From the sequence record MF158044: DNA of 64,000 nucleotides. The stretch is one strand, 5' to 3'. Below are positions 63,923-64,000 of this stretch, piece after piece. The translations under genes were made by a program, and so were the position numbers. The notes under the pieces are model-generated. The model had not been told where the DNA came from and ran no database searches. It was given only the letters and a program-made list of their open reading frames with translations. Every line of letters starts with the position of its first letter. Position 1 is the first letter of the stretch. This DNA is from Shigella phage Sf18.

Positions 63923-64000
63923 AAATAATCCTCTTGTCGTCTATAATTTTGAAAGTATAGGTACAAACCAATTTCAGAGGATTTGTAATAGAGTAATTCT

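Overview
This 64-kb window is a contiguous stretch of a large virulent tailed-phage genome: AT-rich, tightly packed, no host genes, no tRNA or CRISPR features seen. The gene repertoire (family A DNA polymerase, T7 gp4-type primase-helicase, ATP-dependent ligase, rIIA/rIIB-like pair, NrdA/NrdB/NrdH plus NrdD/NrdG, ThyA, DHFR, dNMP kinase, adjacent Prs-like and NadV-like genes, HxH-tipped tail fibres, free-standing GIY-YIG and HNH endonucleases) most resembles Felix O1-like myoviruses; this is inference from motifs and synteny read by eye, not from any database search. Layout: (1) 1-5416, + strand, end of the tail-fibre module; (2) 5453-16665, - strand, thyA, DHFR, small ORFs, ligase and DNA polymerase; (3) 16925-46323, + strand, replication and nucleotide-metabolism genes, rII pair and accessory genes; (4) 46.3-54.0 kb, + strand, about 19 small ORFs separated by two families of conserved promoter cassettes; (5) 53972-55611, a 1.6-kb ORF-free repeat-dense region between convergent terminators; (6) 55612-63922, - strand, small ORFs, an endolysin and an Ig-like-domain protein. 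Main points for follow-up: the ORF-free repeat region, the cassette-punctuated small-gene array, paired pentamer-repeat/hairpin modules flanking a two-gene cassette, and candidate anti-defence functions (Prs-like + NadV-like pair, a possible Tad2-like protein, a macro-domain protein, a possible ADP-ribosyltransferase-like ORF). Coordinates of CDSs follow the supplied ORF track, with starts moved to an internal Met where a Shine-Dalgarno sequence supports it; coordinates of non-coding features were counted by hand and may be off by 1-2 nt.
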